Positions 49,801 to 59,881 are shown, counted from the stretch's first letter. The stretch is DNA of 64,000 nucleotides from Candidatus Latescibacterota bacterium (GCA_965223905.1 CBDCXV010000010.1:1632001-1696000); one strand, 5' to 3'. Notes: a model not told the origin generated them from the sequence alone. Translations and numbers: made by a program.

Positions 49801-50432
49801 AGGGCCAGGGCATGCGCCCCTTCCGCTTCTTCCGGCACGAGAATGGTGCGCTCGAAGCGCCCCTCCTCGACGAGGAAAAAGGAATTCCAGGACGATTCTT
49901 CCTGAGAAAGGAATCCGAAGGCCAGGGCCCTGTGCGCCGCGGCATCCTCCACCTCCCCGGCCAGGTGCAGGGGCTCCCCGGTTGACATGCGGGTCGGCAG
50001 CGGCCGGTCGAGAAGAAACCCGGGGAAGAAGCGCCGGGGAAGCATCACCGGGCCCCTGCCCTGGAGCATCTTCAGGCCGTAGTAGCGGCCGACGTAGTCC
50101 AGGGATTCCCTGGTCTGGCCTGTGTAGATCTCGAGGCTGTACTGCCCCTGCGCCGCATGGGGAAAGACGATTTCCCTGGCGAAGCGGCCCTCCCGGACCG
50201 GGGTGATGAAATCCACCTGCTCCCCCCCGCCGATGGGGAGGAAACTGAACAGGATCCAGGCGACGCCGTCCTGGTCGACGCTCCCGGACAGGGGAAGGGC
50301 CTGACCGGTGTCGAAGGTCGTGGGCAGCGGCTCCTCGAACCGGATGCCGGGGAAGAACTTTTCGGGGATGTTCTCCGCCAGGAGCAGCTGGGGCGCCATA
50401 ATCAGCAGGACAATCGGAAGTGTTATGCGCAT
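46806..50432 (-). CDS. Large secreted M30/gluzincin-like zinc metalloprotease with FlgD/T9SS-like tail
   Basis: Signal peptide; SDVDGDG; LAHEFQH..WLNEGLSH; YPNPFN tail; colinear paralog of 42993-46601. Confidence 0.87.
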   Translation of the reverse strand: MRITLPIVLLIMAPQLLLAENIPEKFFPGIRFEEPLPTTFDTGQALPLSGSVDQDGVAWILFSFLPIGGGEQVDFITPVREGRFAREIVFPHAAQGQYSLEIYTGQTRESLDYVGRYYGLKMLQGRGPVMLPRRFFPGFLLDRPLPTRMSTGEPLHLAGEVEDAAAHRALAFGFLSQEESSWNSFFLVEEGRFERTILVPEEAEGAHALALYAGPREGNLLPVEWYPYLEISRGAEPAEVPRLFFDGLALDEPLPVQWPLLRAVVLSGEARPFVRRFWVYLARLDGGEPRVLSPGLEEGRFRFPVRLAAGEEGPLRLSAVVELQDGTTWDAGEFVIEGVDLQPPDLEVGVVAVALLAGREAGVPLLNRGNGPVELEPPQVEGPFTVAAFPPVLGPGEAGEIELSYEGSGGDQGQLTVVSDDPFRPRVTIALSGLEAREAASDLVHLRADAAGRIESGFDLMEQDQVLALYAAPLERFHREKVYEISLEGSAALAKPTVATRADRRDSVEHRARQLERTLSLRLRESGRWAGKPAGVQYEVGDRRSFFFAAQGEVPNQSIEARVVAVNERAVAFVQEDLREDDDNIEEDQLKEAIDLFAVDYPLLVEAFGAPSDVDGDGRIAVLVTHLIEDVDAGGQFRAFSLLPRDAGGDGNMIDLMWVNPVFPAESYRALLAHEFQHLVNFNQHVLVRRGISEASWLNEGLSHLAEDLVAGHQVSGNYRLVRIFLEEPGAVGLIDGYMVDSPTRGAAYLFVRSLVDLLGEGVLLRLVQTGLVDRDNVEAATGESFADLMARWGAQLYISGTGLSGHSRFNYRISPLQTPQGRGFPPPASVTYRLGEEPPGLSLRPRGVQFLRLEGSQGATLSLQTEPQARLGAVALPVAKAAATAPMAADHFTGITLDPPLPLELATGEPLLLQGTTADSVEQITLEFVPEDGGDAQRFFLLVREGRFLRTVFFQHDEATTYSLNVYVDKRQPTPFVGRFFPIRLTQGQGPLQAPTRYFNRVQLDGPLPTSVSANQPLRISGEVEDAEATLMEFSLFPQNEDGERSRKAEKTLSLPVVAGRFDGELLFDEVPPGIYWLSLEVGPEGDLTYVGAVVSFEVLEPITAVLEEGETGPQAFALHPNYPNPFNSRTLLSFSLPESRPEVELAVYDLLGQKLAVLVRGALGPGFHSVEWNGRDESGRALASGSYLYRLQAGRYQAVGKLMLLR

Positions 50433-50578
50433 GGCTCAGGTTGCCGTTTCAGTGGTGGGCGGGGGCAACCGGTTGGGAGTTTGGCCCCCGGACTGGGTAC
50501 CTGGCTACGGAAACAGGTGCATCAGTCTGACGTGCAGCCCCGGCGAATGACTAGCCCCTGCACATGTTCGCCAAGGGC

Positions 50579-50606
50579 TTGACAAATTGTTCGCTATTTG
50601 CGAACA
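50579..50606 (+). promoter_or_regulatory. TA promoter/operator
   Basis: TTGACA followed by the palindrome TGTTCGC-N5-GCGAACA. Confidence 0.55.
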
Positions 50607-50631
50607 TGATCGGGATGAATGCGAGCAAGAT

Positions 50632-50889
50632 ATGGCAATCGAATGGACAACCCGGGCGATCAGGGATATGCGACGGCTTGAGGCGCAGGATCGCGAGAGG
50701 ATCATTGTCAAGATCGAACAGTATGCTGGAGATCCGGCATCTTTGGCCAACCAGGTGATCAAACTGACCGGCAGCGAGTACAGGAGGATGAGAGTTGGCG
50801 ACTACCGCGTTATTTTCGGCATTGAACACAACCAGACCACGGTCATGGTGGTACTGAGAGTTCGGCACAGAAGGGAAGCTTATGGCTGA
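50632..50889 (+). CDS. RelE/ParE-family toxin
   Basis: IEWTTRAIRD..KLTG..RMRVGDYRVIF..VRHRREAY. Confidence 0.9.
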   Translation: MAIEWTTRAIRDMRRLEAQDRERIIVKIEQYAGDPASLANQVIKLTGSEYRRMRVGDYRVIFGIEHNQTTVMVVLRVRHRREAYG

Positions 50890-51217
50890 CACCGAAACCA
50901 TTACCATGTCCCGAGCGGAATTCGAGGCCCTGATTGTCCGCAACGAAGACCTCGAAGACAGGTTGGCTGCCCTCGACGCGGACGACGGCAGCCGCATTCC
51001 CCACGACGTCGCTCTTGTCATCATGCGCGGCGGGAACCCGGTGGCGGCATTCCGAAATCATTTCGGCGTCACCTTGCGCCAGCTGTCCCAAAGAACGGGG
51101 GTTGCCGCCAGCTACCTTTCCGAGATTGAGCGAGGGCTCAAGCCCGGTTCCGTGGCGACGCTGTCCCGGATCGCCGATGCGCTTGGCACCACCATCGATT
51201 CCCTGGTGGCCGAATAG
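50882..51217 (+). CDS. XRE HTH antitoxin
   Basis: TLRQLSQRTGVAASYLSEIERG; overlaps the toxin. Confidence 0.85.
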   Translation: MADTETITMSRAEFEALIVRNEDLEDRLAALDADDGSRIPHDVALVIMRGGNPVAAFRNHFGVTLRQLSQRTGVAASYLSEIERGLKPGSVATLSRIADALGTTIDSLVAE

Positions 51218-51336
51218 AAGTGGACGCCGGCGGGGCCCTTCCGGACCGACGGAGCCGCCATCGTCTTCCCGCGGAACACCTCTCCAAGCCATAACGCCAC
51301 CGACTCCGAACCGGTTCCCGCGCAGAGGCAACCAGC

Positions 51337-51924
51337 GTGCGCATCGTCACCGGCTCCCTGAAGGGCCGCACCATTCCGTTCAACCCCCGCAGGCAGGGGG
51401 AGATCCGCGTCACCGGCGCGCGCCTGAAGGAGGCGGTCTTCTCCATGCTCGGCCCGCTCGAAGGCCGCGCCTTCCTCGACCTGTGCGCCGGCAGCGGCCA
51501 GATCGCCCTGGAGGCGTACAGCCGCGGGGCGAGAGTCACCGCCTGCGAGCCCGACGGCAGGCGCTACCGGATGCTCCGGGGGCTGTTGCAGGCCTGGGGC
51601 GTCGATGAGCGCCTGCAGCTGTTCAACGGGAAAGCGCAGGCGCTGATCCCCCAGGGACATGGAAGATACGCCGGTATCTACCTCGACCCACCGTACGAGG
51701 CCACCCTGGGGGGGCGGCCGCTGAGCCTGGCGCTCGCCGAGCAGCTGGGGGGCGCGCGGATGCTCGACAGCGACGGCATGATGTTCGTTCAGCATGCCGG
51801 CCGCCTGCACCTTCCCGAGGCCATCGATTCCCTGCGCCTGGAGCGCCGCCGCCCGTTCGGGGACACCGCGGTCAGCGTGTACGTCGCCGCGGAACCGGAC
51901 GGCCCCGGCAGCCTGGAAGGTTGA
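51337..51924 (+). CDS. rsmD: 16S rRNA m2G966 methyltransferase
   Basis: MRIVTG..KGR, LDLCAGSG..LEAYSRGA, DPPY. Confidence 0.85.
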   Translation: MRIVTGSLKGRTIPFNPRRQGEIRVTGARLKEAVFSMLGPLEGRAFLDLCAGSGQIALEAYSRGARVTACEPDGRRYRMLRGLLQAWGVDERLQLFNGKAQALIPQGHGRYAGIYLDPPYEATLGGRPLSLALAEQLGGARMLDSDGMMFVQHAGRLHLPEAIDSLRLERRRPFGDTAVSVYVAAEPDGPGSLEG

Positions 51925-51959
51925 CCCCCTCCCGGTCCCCCGCTTTCGTTGTACTCATC

Positions 51960-52826
51960 ATGGAATTCACCCCGCTCACCGGGCAACAGCGCGACGACTT
52001 CGAACGCGACGGCTTTCTCGTGGTGCCGCAGGCCCTGCCGCCCGCAATGGCCGGACGCCTGCTCGAGGCCTGCGACCGCCTGTACGAGCAGGGTCGGCGC
52101 GCCGATGGCATGAACGAGCGCGGCTTCTGGCAGCTGCGCAACTGCCTGCCCGAGGACGACGTCTTCCTCGAGATCCTCGACTGGCCGGCCACGGTGCCGC
52201 TCGTGGTCCAGCTTCTCAACCACAACATCCAGCTGATCACCTCCCACCTCGTGGTGAGGCCGCCGATCCCCGCGGACTCCGATTCCTCGTACGGGCGCTC
52301 GGGTTGGCACCGGGACGGCGGCACCTGTCCCTCCGATCTCGGCGCCGCGCAGCCGCGCATGTTCATCAAGATCGCCTACTGGCTCAGCGACATCAGCGAA
52401 CCGGGCCGGGGCGCCATCCGGTTGCTGCCGGGCAGCAACGACACCGGGGTCGAGCCCCCCGAAGGAGACCCGGCCGGGATCGAGGACTTCGCCATGCGCT
52501 GCCGGCCCGGGGACGCCGTGTTGTTCGAAAACCGCACCATGCACGCGGTCGGTCCCAACCTTTCCGAGGTCACGCGCAAGACCCTCTTCCTCGGGTACGG
52601 GTACCGCTGGCTGCGCCCGATGGACTACCTGCGCATGCCGGAGGAGCTGCTCGACCGCTGCGACCCGGTCCGCCGGCAGCTCCTGGGGGATTGCAGCAGC
52701 GCCATGGGCTTCCAGATCCCCGAAGCAGGTGAGGTTCCCCTGAAGGAGTGGATGCAGGAGCACACCGGCGTCGGGATCGAACGCAGCGACGAGATCCCCG
52801 CCCTCAAGGTCGGCGCCGCGCGCTAG
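51960..52826 (+). CDS. PhyH family dioxygenase
   Basis: FERDGFLVV, WHRD, LPGS, GDAVLF..MH. Confidence 0.9.
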   Translation: MEFTPLTGQQRDDFERDGFLVVPQALPPAMAGRLLEACDRLYEQGRRADGMNERGFWQLRNCLPEDDVFLEILDWPATVPLVVQLLNHNIQLITSHLVVRPPIPADSDSSYGRSGWHRDGGTCPSDLGAAQPRMFIKIAYWLSDISEPGRGAIRLLPGSNDTGVEPPEGDPAGIEDFAMRCRPGDAVLFENRTMHAVGPNLSEVTRKTLFLGYGYRWLRPMDYLRMPEELLDRCDPVRRQLLGDCSSAMGFQIPEAGEVPLKEWMQEHTGVGIERSDEIPALKVGAAR

Positions 52827-52841
52827 CGTCCCGGCCGAGCC

Positions 52842-53606
52842 ATGCGCTTCCGCCCCTGCATCGACCTGCGCGACGGCAGGGTCGTGCAGATCGTCGGCGA
52901 CACCCTCGACGACCCGTCGCGGGGGACGCAGACCAACTTCACCAGCCCACAGCCGCCTTCCTGGTTCGCCCGGCGCTACCGCGACGACGGGCTCTCCGGC
53001 GGACACGTGATCATGCTGGGCCCCGGAAACGAGGCGGCCGCCGCCGAGGCCCTCGAAGCCTTTCCCGGAGGGCTGCAGATCGGCGGCGGCATGAACCCCG
53101 GCAACGCCCCCGGCTGGCTGCAGCGCGGAGCGAGCGCCGTCATCGCCACCTCCTGTCTCTTCGAGAATGCCGCCTTCTGGCCTGCCCGTGCCGAACAGAT
53201 GGCCGCGGCCGTCGGCGCCGGCAACCTCGTCCTCGACCTGAGCTGCGCCGCCCGGGACGGGCGCTACTTCGTGGCCGCGGACCGCTGGCGGACCCTCACC
53301 GACTTCGAGATCACCGCAGCCAACCTCGAAAGCCTCGCCCCCTGCTGCTCGGAGTTCCTCGTGCACGCGACCCAGGTCGAGGGAAGGCAGGGGGGAATCG
53401 ACGGGGAGCTGGTGCGGCTGCTAGCCGACGCCAGTCCGCTTCCGTCTACTTATGCGGGAGGCATCGCCTGCATGGGGGACGTCGAGCTCGTCGCCGAGCT
53501 CGGACAGGGCCGCCTCGACTTCACGGTGGGCTCGGCGCTCGACCTGTTCGGGGGAACGGGGGTGAAGTACCGCGACCTCGTCGAGCAGTACGGCGGCGGC
53601 CGCTGA
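52842..53606 (+). CDS. hisA: ProFAR isomerase, His6 (eukaryotic-type) subfamily
   Basis: FRPCID..G.V.QIVG, GGHVIMLG, LQIGGG, VLDLSC, TVGSALDLFGG. Confidence 0.9.
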   Translation: MRFRPCIDLRDGRVVQIVGDTLDDPSRGTQTNFTSPQPPSWFARRYRDDGLSGGHVIMLGPGNEAAAAEALEAFPGGLQIGGGMNPGNAPGWLQRGASAVIATSCLFENAAFWPARAEQMAAAVGAGNLVLDLSCAARDGRYFVAADRWRTLTDFEITAANLESLAPCCSEFLVHATQVEGRQGGIDGELVRLLADASPLPSTYAGGIACMGDVELVAELGQGRLDFTVGSALDLFGGTGVKYRDLVEQYGGGR

Positions 53607-53827
53607 AGCGAAGGCCCTCCCGGCGCCGGGGGATTCCGGGACCGAGGCGGTTCCCAAGCGCTTGGACCGTACTACCTGACGGGTCGGGTGCATGTGCCGG
53701 AGACCGATGGCGGATTCGCCTGCCGCAATCGCCGGCGCTGCTTCCCGCGGCGAAGTCGGGCTCCGGCCGCATATCGTTTTTGTCTCTACCCACTGATGCG
53801 CCCCTGTCCTCGCTGCGGAGGTGTTTC

Positions 53828-56497
53828 ATGAAACGGATCCTCATCTCATTCACCCTGCTGCTGCTCGCCAATTCAGCTCTGTCCGCGGCCGCGCTCAAGG
53901 GCAGGGTGCGCGATGCCGAGACCGGGGAGCCCCTGCCGGGGGCGAACGTGTACCTGGAGAACGCGGACCAGGGCACCTCCACAGGTCTCGACGGGGAGTT
54001 CGAGATTCCCGGCGTCGCCGAAGGCAGCCATACCCTGGTCGCAAGCTTCATCGGATACGAGGAGTTCCGCCTCCCCCTTCTCGTAGCGGCGGGTGCCGTC
54101 GACCTGCTCGTCGAGCTGGTGCCCGAGGTGTTCCGGGGCCAGGAGATCGTCGTCGTAGCCGACCGGGCCCGGCTGCGGGAAACACCGGTCGCCTTTTCCG
54201 ACATCCCCAAGGCGGAGATGGACCGCAAGCTCGGCTCCCGGGACCTGCCGCTGATCCTCGACGACACGCCGGGTGTGTACGCCACCGGGCAGGGCGGCGG
54301 CTCCGGCGATTCCCGCATCAGCGTCAGGGGGTTCGACCAGCGCAACGTCGCCGTCATGATCAACGGCGTTCCCGTCAACGACATGGAGAACGGCTGGGTC
54401 TACTGGTCCAACTTCGACGGGCTCGGGGACGCGACGTCGTCGATCCAGGTGCAGCGGGGACTGGGGGCCTCGAACCTCGCCATCGCCTCGGTCGGGGGCA
54501 CCCTCAACATCATCACCGACATCGCCGGGGCGAGGCGCGGATTCCAGGTCAGGCAGGAGGCGGGGAGCAACGCCTTCTACAAGACCAGGGTGGGCCTTTC
54601 CTCCGGGTTGATGAACGGAAGAACCGCCTTCGCTCTCGGGCTGACGCGCAAGACCGGCGACGGCCTTCCCGATCAGGCATGGGCATCGGCCTGGTCTTAT
54701 TTCGGTGCCCTGAGCTTCCTGGCTTCCGACACGCACAAGATCGATCTGTTCGTCGCCGGCGCCCCGCAGCGGCACGGACAGCGCCTCTACAAGCAGCCGA
54801 TCGCCACCTTCGATGGCGACTACGCCCGCTCCCTGGGGATCGACACCACGGACTCGGAAAGCCGCGGCGCAACCTACAATCCCAACTGGGGGCGGTCGCC
54901 GTTTCCGTCCTACCGGGAGCACTACAACGGCAAGCTCCACGACGCGCGCGACAGCGCCGTCATCATGGAGCGCGAGAACTACTACCACAAGCCGCAGGTC
55001 AACCTCAACTGGTACTGGACGCCCGGGGAGCAGCTGATCCTGTCCAACGTCTTCTACTTTTCCCGCGGCAAGGGGGGCGGCACCGGGCGCCTGGGATCCA
55101 ACCCCGGCCAGCTGGCCGACGGCAGCATCGACTGGCAGCGGGTCGCGGACGAGCTCAACACCCGGACCGCGGCGGAAGCGGATCCCGACCTGGTGGATGC
55201 AGGGGAAGTGGGGGAAAGCGAAATCGCCGCGCAAACCGTCCTCCGCAATTCGGCCAACCACCACTTCTGGTACGGATACCTGGGGACGGCCGAATACCGT
55301 CTGAGCAGGGCCTTCAAGCTGGCGTTCGGCGCGGACCTGCGATACTACCAGGGCCAGCACTGGCGCGAGCTGCGCAACCTTCTCGGCGCCGACTACTTCG
55401 TCTATCCCTGGGACGCCAACGCCGTGACTTCGGTCAAGCGGCTCGGAGACAAGGTCTCCTACCACAACGACGGCCTGACGCGCTGGGGCGGCGGTTTCGC
55501 GCAGCTCGAGGGGCGGTTCAACGACCTGACCGCGTTTTTGAGCACCTCGGGATCGGCAACCGGATACAAACGCATCGACTATTTCCGCCCCAAGGTCGGC
55601 GGCGAGTGGGATCAGACCAGCTGGGCGAATTTCACTGGCTACACCGTGAAGCTGGGAGGCAACTACAACCTGACCCCGGCGGTCAATCTGTATGCCAATG
55701 CCGGCTGGCTGTCGGCGGCGCCGAAGTTCGACTCCGTCTACCACTACGACAACAGCCTGTACGACCCGACGTTCAACGAGAAGGTCGCATCCTTCGAGCT
55801 GGGGGCCGGTTACCTCGAGCGCGGCCGCTTGACCGGCAACGCGAACCTCTACTACACCCGCTGGATGGACCGCTCCTGGCCCAAGAGCATCTACAGCGAC
55901 AAGCTCGACCAGAGCTTCCGGTTTCTCCTCAACGGCATCGACGCCCTGCACAAAGGGGTCGAGCTCGACCTCAAGGCGCGTCTCCACTCGATGCTCGAGC
56001 TGCGCGGCATGGTATCGCTGGGCGACTGGGAATGGCTCAACGACGTCGACGTCACCTTCTCACCCGAAGAGGATCCGGAAGCGATCGGCAGCTTCCAGAT
56101 CCATTCCAGGGGGCTGAAGGTCGGCGACTCGGCGCAGAAGACACTGGCCCTGAGCGCCGCGCTGTTTCCCGCGCGCGGCCTCTATGCCTCGCTGGGCTTC
56201 AGGCGGTTCATGGATCACTACGCCCGGTTCGATCCGGCCAACCGCACCGACCCCGGCGACCGCAGGCAGTCCTGGAAACTGCCGGACTACAACCTCGTCG
56301 ACCTGCACGCGAGCTGCAGGCTGCCCGGCGATGCCTTCGGCAACGGCAGGGCGAGGTTGCGTTTGCACGTCTTCAACCTGCTCGACGAGCTCTACGTGTC
56401 CGACGCGGACGACGGGGACGGGCACGATGCGGCGAGCGCCCTGGTGTTCCTCGGGCTGCCGCGGCGCTGGAACATCTCACTGTCGTACGAGTACTGA
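53828..56497 (+). CDS. TonB-dependent receptor with N-terminal carboxypeptidase-regulatory-like domain
   Basis: GRVRDAETGEPLPGANV, ISVRGFDQ, IQVQRG, C-terminal WNISLSYEY. Confidence 0.92.
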   Translation: MKRILISFTLLLLANSALSAAALKGRVRDAETGEPLPGANVYLENADQGTSTGLDGEFEIPGVAEGSHTLVASFIGYEEFRLPLLVAAGAVDLLVELVPEVFRGQEIVVVADRARLRETPVAFSDIPKAEMDRKLGSRDLPLILDDTPGVYATGQGGGSGDSRISVRGFDQRNVAVMINGVPVNDMENGWVYWSNFDGLGDATSSIQVQRGLGASNLAIASVGGTLNIITDIAGARRGFQVRQEAGSNAFYKTRVGLSSGLMNGRTAFALGLTRKTGDGLPDQAWASAWSYFGALSFLASDTHKIDLFVAGAPQRHGQRLYKQPIATFDGDYARSLGIDTTDSESRGATYNPNWGRSPFPSYREHYNGKLHDARDSAVIMERENYYHKPQVNLNWYWTPGEQLILSNVFYFSRGKGGGTGRLGSNPGQLADGSIDWQRVADELNTRTAAEADPDLVDAGEVGESEIAAQTVLRNSANHHFWYGYLGTAEYRLSRAFKLAFGADLRYYQGQHWRELRNLLGADYFVYPWDANAVTSVKRLGDKVSYHNDGLTRWGGGFAQLEGRFNDLTAFLSTSGSATGYKRIDYFRPKVGGEWDQTSWANFTGYTVKLGGNYNLTPAVNLYANAGWLSAAPKFDSVYHYDNSLYDPTFNEKVASFELGAGYLERGRLTGNANLYYTRWMDRSWPKSIYSDKLDQSFRFLLNGIDALHKGVELDLKARLHSMLELRGMVSLGDWEWLNDVDVTFSPEEDPEAIGSFQIHSRGLKVGDSAQKTLALSAALFPARGLYASLGFRRFMDHYARFDPANRTDPGDRRQSWKLPDYNLVDLHASCRLPGDAFGNGRARLRLHVFNLLDELYVSDADDGDGHDAASALVFLGLPRRWNISLSYEY

Positions 56498-56525
56498 GGC
56501 CAGAATCCGCAGAAGGAGTGCTCCC

Positions 56526-56909
56526 ATGGCACTGATTTTTCTAGCCATCGACATCGCCAACCCCGCCCGCTCCGAACACTTCCATACCGAACGTTTCCTC
56601 GTTGACTCGGGCGCCGTCTATTCGGTCGTCCCGCAGCAGGTCCTCGACGCCCTGGGAATCCGGCCGCACTCTCGCCGGACCTTTACCCTGGCCAATGGCG
56701 ACGAGATCGAACGCCAATTGGGGGATGCGCTGTTTCGCTACAAGGAACAGCGGGGGGCCGCGCCGGTAATCTTCGGGGAACCCGGGGACAGCAATCTTCT
56801 CGGCGTGGTCACACTCGAAGCTTTGGGGTACGTGCTGGATCCCCTGAAACGAGAGCTGCGTGCGCTGCCGATGCTGTTGGCAGGGCAGGAAAGTGAGGAG
56901 CGGGGGTAG
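56526..56909 (+). CDS. Clan AA retropepsin-like aspartic protease
   Basis: FLVDSGA ... LLGVVTLEALG. Confidence 0.85.
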   Translation: MALIFLAIDIANPARSEHFHTERFLVDSGAVYSVVPQQVLDALGIRPHSRRTFTLANGDEIERQLGDALFRYKEQRGAAPVIFGEPGDSNLLGVVTLEALGYVLDPLKRELRALPMLLAGQESEERG

Positions 56910-57011
56910 TCGGGGCGCAGGAATTGCGCGACTCCAAGTCGAGAGCGGAACCGAGGTTTTCGGGATCGGCTTCCCGATGCTCAACCGAAGCCTGACCCGC
57001 CAGTTGCGGGG

Positions 57012-58367
57012 TCAGTGCCCCCCGCCGCCGCCCCAGAGCTGGAACAGGTTGAACCCGGTGAACATCGTCACCGCCCAGATCGTGGCCATCAACCCCAGCT
57101 CGATCGACATCGGCATGCGCACGCGCCCGTCGAGACGCATGGCGAGGTGCAGTACGCCGAACGCCAGCGGGATCAGCAGCAGGTTGTTGCAGTTGGCCCC
57201 GATCCGGAGAAGCAGGAACGGCGTCTTCGCATAGACCAGCTCGCCGATCAGCCAGAGCAGCGGGATGCCGATCTGCAGCACTCGCAGCAGGCGCATCCGC
57301 TGCTCGCGCGTCTCCGGCGCCACCGCCCCGGTCTGGCGCAGGAAATCGAGCATGATCCGCCCGGAGCTGGCGGCGAACACCAGCAGCGTCGAGAACAGGG
57401 TGCAGAAGGCGCCGAACATGAAGAGGTTCTTCGCCCATCCGCCCAGGGACTCGGTGAATATCAGCGATACGTTGTCGACGACCTCGTAGCCCTCGGGTAC
57501 CACCTCGAGCTTGTTGAGGATCGACGCCCCCAGCAGGTAGTAGGCGCAGGTGATGACGACGGCGATTCCGGTGCAGACGCCGGCGTCGACCGCAACCACC
57601 CGCATCCAGCCGCGGTAGCGCTCGCGCCACTCCGGGGAATCGTCGCGCGGCCCTATGAACTGCGGGTACCCCTTCTCCCTGATCCAGTAGGGATACATGA
57701 ACAGCTCGACCGCGGTGGCCCCGACCGAGCCCATCACCGCCAGCGCGGTGAAGGCCCCTTCGACCGGCATGGCGAGTCGCAGCCCCGAGGCGATCTGCCC
57801 CCCGGTGATGGCGTGCTCCGTGCCCTGCAGGGCGAGGACGCAGAAGATGACGACGAGGCTGAAGGCGGCGACCAGGAAGGAGACCATCTTCTCCAGGTCT
57901 TCGTAGAGGCCGCGGTAGAGCAGGACGCTCAGCAGCGCGAAGATGACGCAGTTCCACGTCCACTTGGGAAGCCACGGGAACACCGAGCTCATCATCCCGC
58001 CCACCGAGCCCAGGATGCCGACGAGGGCAACCATGACGCCGAGGAAGCCGGCGATGCACAGCCAGGCGTTCCAGGAGGTGTCGCGCAGCCTGAACCCCCT
58101 GACCCGGTCGAGCGACTGGATGGTGGTCTCGTCCTTGAGCAGGCACTGCCTGCCGAGCTCGAGCTGGATGAAATACTTGATCACCGAGGCGACGATGACC
58201 CCCCACAGGAACACGAAGCCGACCTCGGCCCCCATGCGCGTGGTCACCAGCAGCTCCCCGGAGCCGACCACCGATCCGGAGACGACGATCCCGGGGCCGA
58301 TGTTGCGCAGCAGGCCGCCGAAGCCTCGGGGCGCTTCCCTGATTTGGTGTGACGATTCGTTGTCCAT
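57012..58367 (-). CDS. Nramp/APC-superfamily transporter
   Basis: IGPGIVV..VGSGEL; about 11 hydrophobic segments. Confidence 0.75.
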   Translation of the reverse strand: MDNESSHQIREAPRGFGGLLRNIGPGIVVSGSVVGSGELLVTTRMGAEVGFVFLWGVIVASVIKYFIQLELGRQCLLKDETTIQSLDRVRGFRLRDTSWNAWLCIAGFLGVMVALVGILGSVGGMMSSVFPWLPKWTWNCVIFALLSVLLYRGLYEDLEKMVSFLVAAFSLVVIFCVLALQGTEHAITGGQIASGLRLAMPVEGAFTALAVMGSVGATAVELFMYPYWIREKGYPQFIGPRDDSPEWRERYRGWMRVVAVDAGVCTGIAVVITCAYYLLGASILNKLEVVPEGYEVVDNVSLIFTESLGGWAKNLFMFGAFCTLFSTLLVFAASSGRIMLDFLRQTGAVAPETREQRMRLLRVLQIGIPLLWLIGELVYAKTPFLLLRIGANCNNLLLIPLAFGVLHLAMRLDGRVRMPMSIELGLMATIWAVTMFTGFNLFQLWGGGGGH

Positions 58368-58393
58368 AAGCGTTTGATTTTCCCCGGGTTAGG

Positions 58394-58870
58394 TCATGAG
58401 CCGTCGCGGCTGCGGGCTCTCAGCATGTCGACGATGCGCTTTGCCCGCCGGCGAATGAACCAGGCGACCAGGACTCCAATGAGGACCGTGGATACCCACA
58501 CGGCCTGGAAAAGAAGACCATCTGCAGCTGCCGAAACGATCACGGCGGCGAACCAGCCGAGAAACAGCCAGCCTGTCCAGCGGACAAAGCCGGATTGCCG
58601 GGCACCGTGCGGAAGGGGGTCCGCCGACTCGACAAGGTCGCGTCGGATCTGCCCGATTTCCTCCCTGAACATGGCGGGAGCTTCGAGATGGCCCCAGCCG
58701 CGGTGGTTCTGGAAGACCCCCGCGTACGCTGCGTCGCGATACGATTTCAACAAGTGGGGGATGTTGCGGCTCTGAAGCTCCGATTCCACCCGGCGCGCTT
58801 CGAGCTCGTTTTCGAAGGTCGCCAGTCTGACGAAACCGGCCGGGGGTGTGCGCAGCTGATTTTCGGTCAT
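58394..58870 (-). CDS. DUF2007-like membrane protein
   Basis: FENELEA..L....IP..; two C-terminal transmembrane segments. Confidence 0.55.
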   Translation of the reverse strand: MTENQLRTPPAGFVRLATFENELEARRVESELQSRNIPHLLKSYRDAAYAGVFQNHRGWGHLEAPAMFREEIGQIRRDLVESADPLPHGARQSGFVRWTGWLFLGWFAAVIVSAAADGLLFQAVWVSTVLIGVLVAWFIRRRAKRIVDMLRARSRDGS

Positions 58871-58931
58871 ATCCGACTCGGGCAACAAATGGCTGGGCGA
58901 GCCGGTAACCTAGGGGAATGGGTATCCCCTC

Positions 58932-59757
58932 TCAACCGGTCGGGGACGCGGCCAGCCGCCGCAGCTCGCGGGCGTGCTGGGCGAGAACGGCTTCGGCATC
59001 GCAGCCGCTACCGGGGCGGTGTATCACCTCAGACCGACACGTACCCTTCGAAGCCGGCGCGGCGCAGCAGCTGCAGGGGGCTGGAATGGTCGATCTCCCC
59101 GCCGCCGAGGCGGTCGAGCAGCTGCAGCCTGCCGTCGACGCAGCGGCCGTCGTGGGCGTGGGCGTGGCGGGTGAGCATGCCGACGGCGAGGAAGGACTCG
59201 GCCGGGGTCTCCATCATCCGCTGGGGATGCATGAAATCCCAGAGCACTTGCAGGCCGGGGTCATCCACCGCTTCGATCACGGCGCGCACCGGCGCGGTGG
59301 CGGACCAGTCGTCGTGGGTCTCCAGCAGCAGGGTGACGCCGGCGTCGCGGGCATGGTCCACCACCTGCCTGTAGCCGGCGGCGACGTAGTCGACCACCGC
59401 GGGCCATTCCGCGTCGCGGTCGCGGCGGCCGCCGAAGGTGCGCACCAGGCCGCACCCGAGGTCCGCGGCGAGATCGAGGTAGCGCCGCAGGTCCTCGATG
59501 TGGCCGGCGCGCTCTGAGGCATCCGGCTCCGCCATGCGAACCCCGGTGGCCAGGCAGCAGATCTCGAGTCCCTCGGAGGCGAGCAGGTCCCGGGTCTCGC
59601 GGCGGCCCCCCGCAGGCAGGTCCGCCTCGATGCCGCAGAGGTGCCCCCATTCGACGCGCGGCTCGAAACCGGTGTAGCCGTACTCTCTCATGGCGCCGGC
59701 AATCTCGCCGAGGGTCCAGTCGGGACAAACGCTGCTCATGAAGGCGAGCTTGATCAT
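58932..59757 (-). CDS. Sugar phosphate isomerase/epimerase (xylose isomerase-like TIM barrel), frameshifted near 59031
   Basis: LLETHDD, LWD, HAHD; the conserved S.E motif is restored by removing one base. Confidence 0.8.
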
Positions 59758-59881
59758 GGATTTTGCAGTTCAACTCCACATACCGGGGTGAAGGTCGCCC
59801 TGCCGGCGAGACTGGCAACCGGCGCGACGAAGGTAGGCCACCTCGGGCGGAAATGCAGGCCCCTCCCCTGGCACAGGTCTC

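Noticed and set aside
52748-53827. Apparent N-terminal extension making a 1249-aa TonB receptor
   Set aside because: Overlaps hisA in another frame; RBS and signal peptide place the start at 53828
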